Origin: Candidatus Saccharimonadales bacterium
Lineage (GTDB): Bacteria > Patescibacteriota > Saccharimonadia > Saccharimonadales > DASZAF01
Assembly (NCBI GenBank): GCA_035480055.1
Contig: DATIIB010000009.1
Location: forward strand, 21,068 to 85,067
DNA length: 64,000 nt
Direction of reading: 5' to 3'
This document shows, piece by piece, positions 9,633-18,716 of this stretch; positions within the stretch are counted from its first letter, which is position 1, and every line of letters starts with the position of its first letter. The position numbers were made by a program, and so were the translations under genes. A model generated the notes under the pieces. It was not told the origin of the DNA, made no database searches, and saw only the letters and a program-made list of their open reading frames with translations.

Positions 9633-9700
9633 TGTCGCCCATAAGCCACAGGGCAAGAGGTGTTATAAGGTTGCTGCCAGCCTATAGAGGTTATATACTA

Positions 9701-10720
9701 ATGATAATTATGAACCCATACCAAGCGCAAATCGACCACACCGTCGAAGGTCTCAAGAAACGCTTTGTTGACCTTGCCGACAAACGGGATATTTTTAAAG
9801 ATCCCGATTTTAAAATGCTCTACGGCATGATCAAACGGGCTGACCCCGAGCATCGGCCGCTCATCGGCAAACTGATCAATGAAGTGAAGCTGACATTTGA
9901 GCAAATGATTGCTGACGCCGAGAATGCTGAGGTTGCCTCCAAGCCGCTTGATCCCACAGCGCCATTCGACGTCAATGTCGCGGCCACCAGACACCCGGCA
10001 TTACTCCCATTGCCACAGGGTTCGCAGCATCCTTTGGTGGCTGAGCTGGAGAATGCCTTGAGCATCTTTCGTCATATGGGTTTTGAGACCGTGCAAGCTC
10101 GCGAGCTTGATGACGAATATCACATGTTCGATAGCCTTAACTTTCCGCCAGGACACCCGGCGCGTGATAACTGGGATAGCTTTGTGACCGATGATGGTCT
10201 GATGCCGATTGCCCACACCACTGCCATGGACAATCGTTTTCTGCTAAATAAAACACCACCAATCGCGGTGGTGACGGCCGGTCGTTGTTTCCGCAACGAA
10301 GATGTTGACGCCACGCATGACCATACCTTTTACCAACTGGATGGCTTGTTTGTGGCCGAAGGCGCCACGCTGGGCGACATGCTGGGTGTGCTGAAGGTCT
10401 TTTTTGAGAATTTCTTTGGCCAGTCGTTGAAGATCAAAACGCAACCAGCGCACTTTCCTTTTGTGGAGCCTGGCCTGGAGTTTTTGATTGAAAAACCAAA
10501 GCACATTGGTGGCTCAGGCGATTGGCTCGAGGTGTTGGGCTGCGGCATGGTTCACCCGAACGTTCTGCGTGAAGGTGGCATTGATCCAGCGCAATATCAA
10601 GGGTTTGCCTGGGGTGGTGGATTCGACCGTTTGGTCATGCTGAAGTATGGTATCGAAGATATCCGCCATTTCCACTCAGGTCGGTTGGAATTTTTGAAGG
10701 AGTTTGCAAATGCGCGTTAG
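9701..10720 (+). CDS. pheS: Phenylalanine--tRNA ligase alpha subunit
   Basis: Class II aaRS core (HPARD, FRNEDVDATHDHTFYQLDG, GCGMVHPNVL, GFAWGGGFDRL). Start is ATG 9701 or 9710. Confidence 0.95.
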   Translation: MIIMNPYQAQIDHTVEGLKKRFVDLADKRDIFKDPDFKMLYGMIKRADPEHRPLIGKLINEVKLTFEQMIADAENAEVASKPLDPTAPFDVNVAATRHPALLPLPQGSQHPLVAELENALSIFRHMGFETVQARELDDEYHMFDSLNFPPGHPARDNWDSFVTDDGLMPIAHTTAMDNRFLLNKTPPIAVVTAGRCFRNEDVDATHDHTFYQLDGLFVAEGATLGDMLGVLKVFFENFFGQSLKIKTQPAHFPFVEPGLEFLIEKPKHIGGSGDWLEVLGCGMVHPNVLREGGIDPAQYQGFAWGGGFDRLVMLKYGIEDIRHFHSGRLEFLKEFANAR

Positions 10721-13205
10721 TCTTGCCTGGATTCAGGAATTTACCGATGTTGATCGGACGGTTGAAGAGCTGGTGGAGCTTATTGGCTCTCGCCTGGTGG
10801 AAGTTGAAGAGACGATCAACTGGGGCGAGCGCTTTAAAGGCGTGCTGATTGCCGAAATTACCGCAGTACAGCCTCATGACAATGCTGACAAACTCAATAT
10901 CTACCAAATTTCGGTTGGCAAAGACGAGACGCGTCAGGTTGTCTCTGGCGACAAGACTTTGCAAAAAGGCGACAAAGTTGGCTACATCCCACCCGGCGTC
11001 ATGGTTCCGAGTAGCGCGGATCACAAATCGCCAGTTGTCATCGAAGAGGTGAGTATGCGCGGCGTGATTTCGCAGGGAATGCTTGGGTCAGCTCGAGAGT
11101 TGTGTTTGAGCGACGAGCACTCCAAAGTGCAGGTTTTGGATACAGACGCAGCTGTTGGTACTCCTTTTGCCGAGGCGTATAACCTCAACGATATTATTTT
11201 GGACATTGAAAACAAATCGTTTACTCACCGACCCGACTGCTTTGGGCTGCTGGGCATTGCCCGCGAAGTTGCAGCTATTCAAGGCAAGCAATTCGAAAGC
11301 CCCAGCTGGTTCAAAAGCGACGTGATTGCGGTTGAAAAAGGCAGCGGTAGTCTTCCTCTCGAAGTTACCAATGAGATTGCCGACCTGGTCCCACGGTACA
11401 TGGCGGTCAGTGTGCGAAATGTCAATCTGGGCCAATCGTCGCTGATGATGCAAAGCATGTTGACCCGCATGGGTATTCGGCCGATCAATAATATTGTCGA
11501 CATTACTAACTATCTGATGCTGCTGACTGGCCAACCGCTGCATGCGTTTGATTTTGATAAAGTGGCAGTGCTGAGTAATAGCAACCAGGCCAAGATTATC
11601 GTCCGCGCAGCCAAAGAAGGCGACAAACTCGCGCTGCTAGACGGCCGCACAATCGATGTCCGTCCTGGGGCGGTGGTGATTGCCACGCCTGAAAAACCAA
11701 TTGCCCTCGGTGGGATTATGGGCGGCAGCGAAACCGAGATCGACGAACACACCACCAACATCATTATCGAATCAGCCAACTTCGACATGTACAACCTGCG
11801 CACGACCGGCATGACGCATGGCCTGTTTACCGACGCATTGACCCGCTTTGCCAAAGGTCAGTCACCAACTATCTGTGCGCCAGTGCTCGGCCACGCTTTG
11901 GGGATGTTGATCGAAACATCCGCTCATGCCGAAATTGGCAGTGAGGTGATTGATATTTATCCTAAGCCAAAACAGTCGCATGTCATTACCTGCAACAGTG
12001 GTTGGGCTAATAACTTTTTGGGAACCACACTTGAAACATCAGAGATGCACCAGATTTTGCAAAACATCGAGTGCGACGTGCAGGCCGACAAAGGTTGGCT
12101 GAAGGTGACGCCGCCTTTGTGGCGTTCGGACCTTTGGATTAGCGAAGATATTGCTGACGAGATTGGCCGCTTGCATGGCTTTGACACGATCGAACCCACC
12201 ATGCCTATGCGCGATTTTCATCCTGCCTTGCCTCATCCTCTGGAGCGACTTAAGCAAGAAGCCAGGGCTTTTTTGGCAGATGCTGGAGCGAACGAGGTGG
12301 TGACCTATAGCTTTGTGTCCGACGCGTTGATGCGCCAAACTAATCAAGAGAATGAGTCGGCTTTTCATCTGGCGAATTCGCTTTCACCAGAGCTTGCGTA
12401 TCTGCGCACTAATTTGCTGGGTTCCTTGCTGACCAAAGTACATCCTAACCACAAAGCTGGGTTTGATACCTTTGCGTTGTTTGAACAAAACCAAACGCAG
12501 CACAAGGGCGAGCTAGATGATGAAGGCTTGCCCCGCGAGCATCACGCCCTGGCACTTATCTGGAGCGCCACGCCCAAAGCCTACGCTGTTGCCACGCAAG
12601 GTGCGCCGTATTATCAGGCCAAGTATTACTTTGAGGAACTTTTGCAGCGGCTTGGCGTGCCTGATCTGCATTATCGCTTGGTACGTCCGCACACGCTTGA
12701 TTCGGTGCCGCTGTGGCTGCAAATGCGCATTGAGCTTTTTGACCTTGGTCGTTCGGCCATCGTAATGAAAGAAGATGTCATGCTTGGTGTAGTAGGTGAA
12801 CCGAGCCAAGCAGTTCGCAAAGCCCAAAAGCTGCCCGAAGCGGTTGCGATGTTTGAAGGTGACCTAGAGGAAATACTCAAAGTTCGCGCCGAAAAGCCAG
12901 CTTACGTGCCATTGTCGCGTTTTCCAGGTACCACCCAAGACCTCTGTTTTAGAGTCTCATCCGATCTGCTGTACAATGATTTGGTCTTGGCCATTACCGA
13001 CTTTTTACAGCATCAGCATGATATTGTTTTTTCAGTTTCCCCACTCGATATTTTCCAGCATGAAGATCAACCAAACTACAAGCAGATCACCGTTCGGCTT
13101 ACCTTACACCACCGTAGCCGCACATTAACTACGGCCGAAATTAACGAACTGCTCGACCACCTCAGCGTCCAGATCGGCAGCGCGTTGCGTGCCGAGCGCG
13201 TATAG
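10710..13205 (+). CDS. pheT: Phenylalanine--tRNA ligase beta subunit
   Basis: MRVSLAWIQEF N-terminus and tRNA-binding OB, B3/4 and B5 regions. GAAGGAG SD lies 7 nt upstream of ATG 10710. Overlaps the pheS stop. Confidence 0.95.
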   Translation: MRVSLAWIQEFTDVDRTVEELVELIGSRLVEVEETINWGERFKGVLIAEITAVQPHDNADKLNIYQISVGKDETRQVVSGDKTLQKGDKVGYIPPGVMVPSSADHKSPVVIEEVSMRGVISQGMLGSARELCLSDEHSKVQVLDTDAAVGTPFAEAYNLNDIILDIENKSFTHRPDCFGLLGIAREVAAIQGKQFESPSWFKSDVIAVEKGSGSLPLEVTNEIADLVPRYMAVSVRNVNLGQSSLMMQSMLTRMGIRPINNIVDITNYLMLLTGQPLHAFDFDKVAVLSNSNQAKIIVRAAKEGDKLALLDGRTIDVRPGAVVIATPEKPIALGGIMGGSETEIDEHTTNIIIESANFDMYNLRTTGMTHGLFTDALTRFAKGQSPTICAPVLGHALGMLIETSAHAEIGSEVIDIYPKPKQSHVITCNSGWANNFLGTTLETSEMHQILQNIECDVQADKGWLKVTPPLWRSDLWISEDIADEIGRLHGFDTIEPTMPMRDFHPALPHPLERLKQEARAFLADAGANEVVTYSFVSDALMRQTNQENESAFHLANSLSPELAYLRTNLLGSLLTKVHPNHKAGFDTFALFEQNQTQHKGELDDEGLPREHHALALIWSATPKAYAVATQGAPYYQAKYYFEELLQRLGVPDLHYRLVRPHTLDSVPLWLQMRIELFDLGRSAIVMKEDVMLGVVGEPSQAVRKAQKLPEAVAMFEGDLEEILKVRAEKPAYVPLSRFPGTTQDLCFRVSSDLLYNDLVLAITDFLQHQHDIVFSVSPLDIFQHEDQPNYKQITVRLTLHHRSRTLTTAEINELLDHLSVQIGSALRAERV

Positions 13206-13243
13206 GTATTCAAAGTTGTCAGCCTAGGGTAGAGTAGAAAGAG

Positions 13244-15028
13244 ATGAAGTCGATCATACGAATTTTGGTGTTTGCCGGCAGCCTGTGGCGCTATTATGCG
13301 GCCATTGCGGTGCTGACTCTTTTTGTGGCGGCGCTTACCCAGCTTCCTCCAATTCTGATTAAAGTGGCGACCGACGAGATTAGTAAAATTATTGCGCACC
13401 AACCAGCTCGCGAGCAGGTAGTGCTGTGGGCGGTGATTGGCATCTTTGCATCCGGCGTGGTGGTGACTTTTCTGAGTAACTACTCTGGCTATTTGGGCGA
13501 TATCATGGCTGCCAAGCTGCGTAAGATTCTGAGCGAACGCTACTTCCAGCATCTTTTGCAATTACCGCAGGCCTATTTTGACAATGAGCTGACCGGCACC
13601 ATTATTAATCGCCTTAACCGTTCGATTACCGATGTAACCCAGTTTATGAATGTCTTTAGTAACAACTTTTTCTCCTGGTTGCTGCAAGTTGTTTTTGCAA
13701 TCGCGATTGTGGGCTACTACAGTTGGCAACTGGCCTTTTTGATTTTTATCATTCACCCGATCTTCCTCTTCCTAACCATTCGTACAAGCAAAAAGTGGAT
13801 TGTGCATCAGGGCAGAAAAAACGAATTTACCGATGTCGCCAGCGGTCGTTTTGCTGAGGCTGTGGGCCAGATCCGCGTGGTCAAGTCGTACAACCGCGAG
13901 GCCGGGGAGCGGCATTTCTTTGAGGATTACTTTAAAAAGTTTGTGCAGGAGACCTATCCACAATCGCGCGGTTGGCACTGGCAGGATATTTTGCGGCGGA
14001 TGGTGCTGGAAGTAATCTTCTTTGGCATGTTGCTCTATATCTTTGTGCAAACTTACCACGGCAACTTCACCGTGGGCACCATGTTTATGATGATCCAATA
14101 TATTTTGGCCGTCCGGTTGCCGATTATGAGCATGTCGTTCATCGTGGACAACACCCAACGCGCTGTGGCTGGTAGCCAGGATTTCTTTAAGGTGATGGAA
14201 CTGGAACCGCAAGTTGCGGACGCGCCCGATGCCCACGCCGCGATTATCAAAAACGGCCGGATTGAGTTTTCGCATGTCGATTTTGGCTATGATAATGAAA
14301 AACGTGTGTTGCACGACATTAGTTTTGTGGTTGAGCCTGATACCAAAGTGGCGTTGGTTGGCGAAAGTGGCGAAGGTAAGACTACTCTGACCAGCTTGCT
14401 CCTGCGCTTGTATGATGTCGACGGTGGCGAAATCCTTATCGACAACCAAAACATTGCCGAAGTTACCCAGCATTCGCTGCGTCACAATATTGGCGTGGTG
14501 TTTCAGGATCCGAACCTTTTCTCTGGCACTATTCGCGAGAACATTGCGTACGGTAACCCGCGAGCCAGCCTCAAAAAAATTCAAGCTGCAGCCAAAGCGG
14601 CTAACGCGCATGACTTTATCGTCAAGTTTACCGAAGGCTACGATACAACCATTGGTGAGCGAGGCGTAAAGCTGAGTGGCGGCCAAAAGCAACGTATCGC
14701 CATCGCCCGGGCTATTTTGAAAGACGCGCCGATCTTGATCTTAGATGAAGCAACCAGCTCGCTGGACAGTCGTTCGGAGCACTTGGTGCAAGAAGCGCTG
14801 GAGCGGTTGATGGAAGGCCGCACTACGCTGATCATCGCGCACCGCTTGAGTACAATTGCCGACGTCGACCAGATTGTGACCTTGCGCAAAGGGCGGATTG
14901 ATGAAGTTGGTTCACCTCGCCAGCTGGCTAAAAGCAAAGGCATTTATGGACAATTGCTGGAACTGCAGGGCGCCAGCTTGGACCGCCAGAAGCGCGAGCT
15001 GAAGCGGTTTGATATTAAAGCTGAGTAA
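13244..15028 (+). CDS. ABC exporter, fused permease/ATPase (MsbA/type-1 exporter-like)
   Basis: Six-TM N-terminal domain, Walker A GESGEGKTT, signature LSGGQKQR and Walker B ILILDEATS. Confidence 0.9.
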   Translation: MKSIIRILVFAGSLWRYYAAIAVLTLFVAALTQLPPILIKVATDEISKIIAHQPAREQVVLWAVIGIFASGVVVTFLSNYSGYLGDIMAAKLRKILSERYFQHLLQLPQAYFDNELTGTIINRLNRSITDVTQFMNVFSNNFFSWLLQVVFAIAIVGYYSWQLAFLIFIIHPIFLFLTIRTSKKWIVHQGRKNEFTDVASGRFAEAVGQIRVVKSYNREAGERHFFEDYFKKFVQETYPQSRGWHWQDILRRMVLEVIFFGMLLYIFVQTYHGNFTVGTMFMMIQYILAVRLPIMSMSFIVDNTQRAVAGSQDFFKVMELEPQVADAPDAHAAIIKNGRIEFSHVDFGYDNEKRVLHDISFVVEPDTKVALVGESGEGKTTLTSLLLRLYDVDGGEILIDNQNIAEVTQHSLRHNIGVVFQDPNLFSGTIRENIAYGNPRASLKKIQAAAKAANAHDFIVKFTEGYDTTIGERGVKLSGGQKQRIAIARAILKDAPILILDEATSSLDSRSEHLVQEALERLMEGRTTLIIAHRLSTIADVDQIVTLRKGRIDEVGSPRQLAKSKGIYGQLLELQGASLDRQKRELKRFDIKAE

Positions 15029-15029
15029 C

Positions 15030-15515
15030 ATGGAGGAGCATATGAACGTTGATGTTGAGAAAGTAATTCGAGAATATCTCCCGCGGATTGTGCATATGTC
15101 GCTGGGCACCAGTAAGGACAATAGGCCATGGGTTTGTGAAGTACATTTTGTGTACGATGAGCATCTTAATCTCTATTTCCGCTCACTCACTTCCCGCCGA
15201 CACAGCCAAGAAATTGCCACCAACCCGCATGTCGCTGGCAACATTGTGCGCCAGCATGCTGTGGGCGAATATCCTCCCCTCGGTGTTTATTTTGAAGGCA
15301 CCGCAGCCATGTTGACCGACGAAGCCGATCGTAAAGCCATTGAGCCTGTTTTTAAAGAGCGCCTGCAAAATCCTGCCGATATTTTGGCTGATGCCCAAAA
15401 CCCTGATGGCCATCAATTCTACAAAATCACTGTCGATAATTGGTATGTTTTTGGCAAGTTGGACGGCGACAAAGTCCAGAAGCATGTGTTGGTGTGGAAG
15501 GGTGGGGCGAAATAA
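15030..15515 (+). CDS. Pyridoxamine 5'-phosphate oxidase-family (FMN-binding split-barrel) protein
   Basis: VHMSLGTSKDNRPWVCEVHFVYDEHLNLYFRSLTSRRHSQEI is typical of the PNPOx-like fold. Start is ATG 15030 or 15042. Confidence 0.7.
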   Translation: MEEHMNVDVEKVIREYLPRIVHMSLGTSKDNRPWVCEVHFVYDEHLNLYFRSLTSRRHSQEIATNPHVAGNIVRQHAVGEYPPLGVYFEGTAAMLTDEADRKAIEPVFKERLQNPADILADAQNPDGHQFYKITVDNWYVFGKLDGDKVQKHVLVWKGGAK

Positions 15516-15536
15516 TTTTCTGGAGAGGAAACAGCT

Positions 15537-16277
15537 ATGACCTTAAAAAACAAAACAGTTCTTGTTACTGGTGGCTCTAAAGGTATTGGCCGTGCTTGCG
15601 TTCTAGCTTTTGCCGAGCAAGGCGCCAATGTCATTATCAACTACGCTCATGATGAGAAAACTGCTCGAACAACTGCCGAAGCGGCTATGAAGCACGACGT
15701 CAAAATTCTTATTGTGCAAGCCGATATTGCCAATCAAACTGAAGTCGACTCAATGTTCGCTACAATTAAAGCAGAGTTTCCAACAATTGATGTACTGGTA
15801 AATAATGCAGGTATCTTCGCGGAAGGTGATAGCCCGGATAATCTTGAGGCTATCCAAAAAGTATTCGATACAGATTTATTCGGCGAGATTCGCGTGACCA
15901 ACGCAGCGCGCAAGCTTATGCCAAAAGGCAAGATTATTTTTATTTCATCTATTCATGGCAAGCTCGGCAATGGTCGACCAAGCGCTATTGGTTACTCGGC
16001 GTCCAAGGCTGCATTGGACTCTTACATGAAAAATTTGGCAAAGGCTCTTGCGCCCGATGTCCTAGTAAACTCTATCGCACCTGGCCGAACGCTAACGCCC
16101 ATGTGGGGCAATATGACTGAAGAATACAAACGTTCTCAAGCAGAAGGTCATTTGATTGACCGCTGGATTGAGCCAAGCGAAATCGCTGATGGCGTAGTAT
16201 TCCTCGCCAAGAACGATGCAGTGTGTGGCGAGGTGTTAGTAATTGATGGCGGTATGAGCCTGAAAGTTCTCGGTTGA
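15537..16277 (+). CDS. SDR-family oxidoreductase (FabG-like)
   Basis: TGGSKGIG cofactor motif, NNAG, and catalytic YSASK. By eye it has lower GC and more T-ending codons than its neighbours. Confidence 0.85.
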   Translation: MTLKNKTVLVTGGSKGIGRACVLAFAEQGANVIINYAHDEKTARTTAEAAMKHDVKILIVQADIANQTEVDSMFATIKAEFPTIDVLVNNAGIFAEGDSPDNLEAIQKVFDTDLFGEIRVTNAARKLMPKGKIIFISSIHGKLGNGRPSAIGYSASKAALDSYMKNLAKALAPDVLVNSIAPGRTLTPMWGNMTEEYKRSQAEGHLIDRWIEPSEIADGVVFLAKNDAVCGEVLVIDGGMSLKVLG

Positions 16278-16750
16278 TGTCAGTCGGTCCCATCCGCAAT
16301 AACCTTGTGCTTGAACTTCACGTACCGAGCTTTGCGCCAGTCCGAGAGTTCTATGCGCAGTTTGGTTTTGAAGAATTATCGTATGACCCAACCTCTGGCG
16401 GCGGCAGTGACCTCGGGTACCTCGTCCTTATCCGCCGCGACAGTATCGGCGATACTCTGCTCAACTTTTATGGCGATAAAGCCAAGGTGACCAAGCACGC
16501 CTATTTTGCAGACTTCCCGGCAGATACGCCACGCGGCTATGCAGTAGAAATTACCGTGCCTGTAAGTAATGTTGACTCTTTGTGGCAGAAAGTGGAGCCA
16601 CATCTTGAGCCAAAAACAATTTCCCAGCCGCTCATTACTAAGCGTTGGGGCAAAAGGGACTTTCGAGTGATCGACCTGTTTGGCTTTTACATTCGCTTCA
16701 CTGAGCTCGTGGATTGGGGCCAGGGAATGTCAAAGCTGGAGACGCTATGA
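16277..16750 (+). CDS. VOC / glyoxalase-bleomycin-resistance family protein
   Basis: LELHVPSFAPVREFYAQFGFEE ... RDFRVIDLFGFYIRFTE. The ATG at 16277 overlaps the SDR stop (TGATG). Confidence 0.65.
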   Translation: MSVGPIRNNLVLELHVPSFAPVREFYAQFGFEELSYDPTSGGGSDLGYLVLIRRDSIGDTLLNFYGDKAKVTKHAYFADFPADTPRGYAVEITVPVSNVDSLWQKVEPHLEPKTISQPLITKRWGKRDFRVIDLFGFYIRFTELVDWGQGMSKLETL

Positions 16751-17115
16751 TCCCTTCGCCTGAAGCTCAAGCCATCCTCAACAAAATCAACTACGCCACG
16801 CTGGCGACTACTGATGTTGACGGTAACCCTTGGAATAGTCCAGTCTACTGCGCCTACGATAAAGGTTACAATGTCTATTGGGGGTCGCATGCCGAAAGCC
16901 AACATTCAAAGAATATCCGGGCTAGCGGTAAGGTGTTTATTGTAGTTTACGACTCTACTGCTGAGCCGGGCCAAGGCGAAGGCGTTTATATTCAAGCCCA
17001 GGTGGTCGAGCTCACTCATCCGGAGGAAATTGTAGCAGCCCATGCCTTATGGCGTAAAACTACTGGGCGAAATGTATGCGGTGGAGGGAGATGTTCCTGC
17101 TGCCTGCTTGCATGA
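16747..17115 (+). CDS. PNPOx-like FMN-binding protein, probably 3'-truncated/fused
   Basis: INYATLATTDVDGNPWNSPVYCAYDKGYNVYWGSHAESQHSKNI. ATGA overlap with the upstream stop. The last ~22 codons (RKTTGRNVCGGGRCSCCLLA) look like an out-of-frame read of the adjacent remnant. Confidence 0.6.
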   Translation: MIPSPEAQAILNKINYATLATTDVDGNPWNSPVYCAYDKGYNVYWGSHAESQHSKNIRASGKVFIVVYDSTAEPGQGEGVYIQAQVVELTHPEEIVAAHALWRKTTGRNVCGGGRCSCCLLA

Positions 17116-17206
17116 TTTGCAGCAACATCTACCCGGACTTACAAGCGGCGAAGGTTTTCTGGAATACGAGTTTGTGCGCTACGATCCAATTAAAAAGGTT
17201 TCGTGA
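17036..17206 (+). pseudogene. C-terminal remnant of a TetM/OtrA-type ribosomal protection protein (EF-G family domain V)
   Basis: A short open frame, below the ORF-track cutoff, reads ..GEMYAVEGDVPAACLHDLQQHLPGLTSGEGFLEYEFVRYDPIKKVS*. It matches the pattern G-[DE]-[IV]-P-A-x-C-[IL]...L....T.G.[GS].....F..Y seen at the C-termini of ribosomal protection proteins. No N-terminal GTPase part is present. Confidence 0.55.
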
Positions 17207-17235
17207 GACAAGCTCCCGTACTCTATACTAATGAG

Positions 17236-18054
17236 ATGACGCACGATCAGCACCGTTGCCCCTGGGCCAATTCCACCGAACTAATGGCTGCGTATCACGA
17301 CACTGAATGGGGCGTGCCGGTCCACGATGATCGCCATCTTTTTGAAATGCTTTGTCTGGAAGGCGCGCAGGCGGGTTTGAGCTGGCAGACGATTTTGGCG
17401 CGGCGCGAGAATTATCGGCGAGCGTTTGATAACTTTGCTGCTGAAAAAATCGCACAGTACACCGAAGCCAAACGTGCGGCGCTTTTACAAGACGCGGGGA
17501 TTATTCGTAACCGCTTGAAGGTTAATGCTTTCATTGAGAACGCCAAAGCCACGCTGGCAGTGCAACAGAAGCACGGAAGTTTGGATGCATATCTGTGGAG
17601 CTTTGTAGGCGACCGCACACTCACTGATCATGACCAAGCTGCCAACATCAGCAAGCAGCTCAAAAAAGATGGCTTTCGGTTTGTTGGCCCCACCACTTGC
17701 TACGCCTTTATGCAGGCCGTGGGGATGATGAACGATCATGCGCCGGAGTGTTTTCGATATCGGGTTACCACAGAGCAGATAGGTGATAGGCAAAATATAA
17801 CAGAGGACGTTTCTCTATCCGCCAAACTTGCCACTGCCAAAAAGCAAGTGCCCGTCGGCGCCCGTTATATGCATTACAAACAGCGTAGCTATAAAGTTAT
17901 CGCAGTCGCCCTGCGCGAAGAAGACACTGAACCCTGCGTTGTGTATCAGGCTGAATACGAAGACGAGCTCGTGTGGATACGTCCAGTCGCCAACTGGAAC
18001 GAAGACGTGACGGTGGACGGCAAGACAGTGCAGCGCTTTACCAAACTTTCATAA
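17236..18054 (+). CDS. tag: DNA-3-methyladenine glycosylase I fused to a C-terminal DUF1653 domain
   Basis: Tag core with the Zn ligands (RCPW, YHDTEWG, NDHAPEC) and HhH region. The C-terminal ~70 aa (YMHYKQRSYKVIAVALREEDTEPCVVYQAEYEDELVWIRPVANWNEDVTVDGKTVQRF) match the DUF1653 pattern. I prefer the ATG at 17236. Confidence 0.85.
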   Translation: MTHDQHRCPWANSTELMAAYHDTEWGVPVHDDRHLFEMLCLEGAQAGLSWQTILARRENYRRAFDNFAAEKIAQYTEAKRAALLQDAGIIRNRLKVNAFIENAKATLAVQQKHGSLDAYLWSFVGDRTLTDHDQAANISKQLKKDGFRFVGPTTCYAFMQAVGMMNDHAPECFRYRVTTEQIGDRQNITEDVSLSAKLATAKKQVPVGARYMHYKQRSYKVIAVALREEDTEPCVVYQAEYEDELVWIRPVANWNEDVTVDGKTVQRFTKLS

Positions 18055-18163
18055 AAATGTACAAAAGACATCGCCCACTACACCTAGTGTTTGCTATAAT
18101 AAGGGCAACACTGAAAAGTGGAGGGGTAATTTATTCGCGCACGCGGGAAAGATAAAGGCGGTT

Positions 18164-18694
18164 ATGAAGCGTCCAAAAATTGACGGCGAAAAAATACGGA
18201 ACAACGCGATGAGGGGTGTTATTTTGGCCGCCGTGGGCGCTTTTTTAGTCGGGTCGGTCGGAATTTATTTACTGACCGTCTTCTCGAGTAAAAACTCAGA
18301 CGATACTACTACCAACCCAACAGCACAAACAAAGGAGAAGCCTGTGGACCAGTCACTTATTGTTAAAGAACCGATTACGGAACTGCAAAAAATTGATGAA
18401 GTTGTGGGCAATGGCGATGAAGTCAAAGCCGGCGCAACGGTTAAAGTAAACTACAAAGGCGCACTGGCGACCACTGGCCAAATCTTTGACCAAAGCACCT
18501 CGCCGATTGAACTCGGACTCGACCAAGTAATTCAAGGCTGGAAAGACGGCATTCCTGGTATGAAGGTTGGCGGTAAGCGCAAGCTCCTGATTCCTGCTGC
18601 CCAGGGTTACGGTGCTTCGGGCACGCCTGATGGTTCGATTCCACCAAACAGCGACTTGGTTTTTGAAGTCGAAGTGGTGAGCATTAGCAAATAA
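18164..18694 (+). CDS. FKBP-type peptidyl-prolyl cis-trans isomerase, N-terminally membrane-anchored
   Basis: TM helix VILAAVGAFLVGSVGIYLLTVF followed by an FKBP core (VNYKGAL..GQIFDQS ... VIQGWKDGIPGMKVGGKRKLLIPAAQGYG ... LVFEVEVV). Confidence 0.9.
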   Translation: MKRPKIDGEKIRNNAMRGVILAAVGAFLVGSVGIYLLTVFSSKNSDDTTTNPTAQTKEKPVDQSLIVKEPITELQKIDEVVGNGDEVKAGATVKVNYKGALATTGQIFDQSTSPIELGLDQVIQGWKDGIPGMKVGGKRKLLIPAAQGYGASGTPDGSIPPNSDLVFEVEVVSISK

Positions 18695-18716
18695 ACACAA
18701 AAAAAGGGAGAGGGTC

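Noticed and set aside
9621-9700. Possible T-box leader upstream of pheS
   Set aside because: The gap is only ~80 nt and is shared with the divergent yajQ promoter. That is far too short for a T-box (~200+ nt), and no T-box/specifier-like sequence is visible.
13772-14692. 306-aa minus-strand ORF
   Set aside because: Antisense to the ABC exporter, which has full Walker A, signature and Walker B motifs. No motifs of its own.
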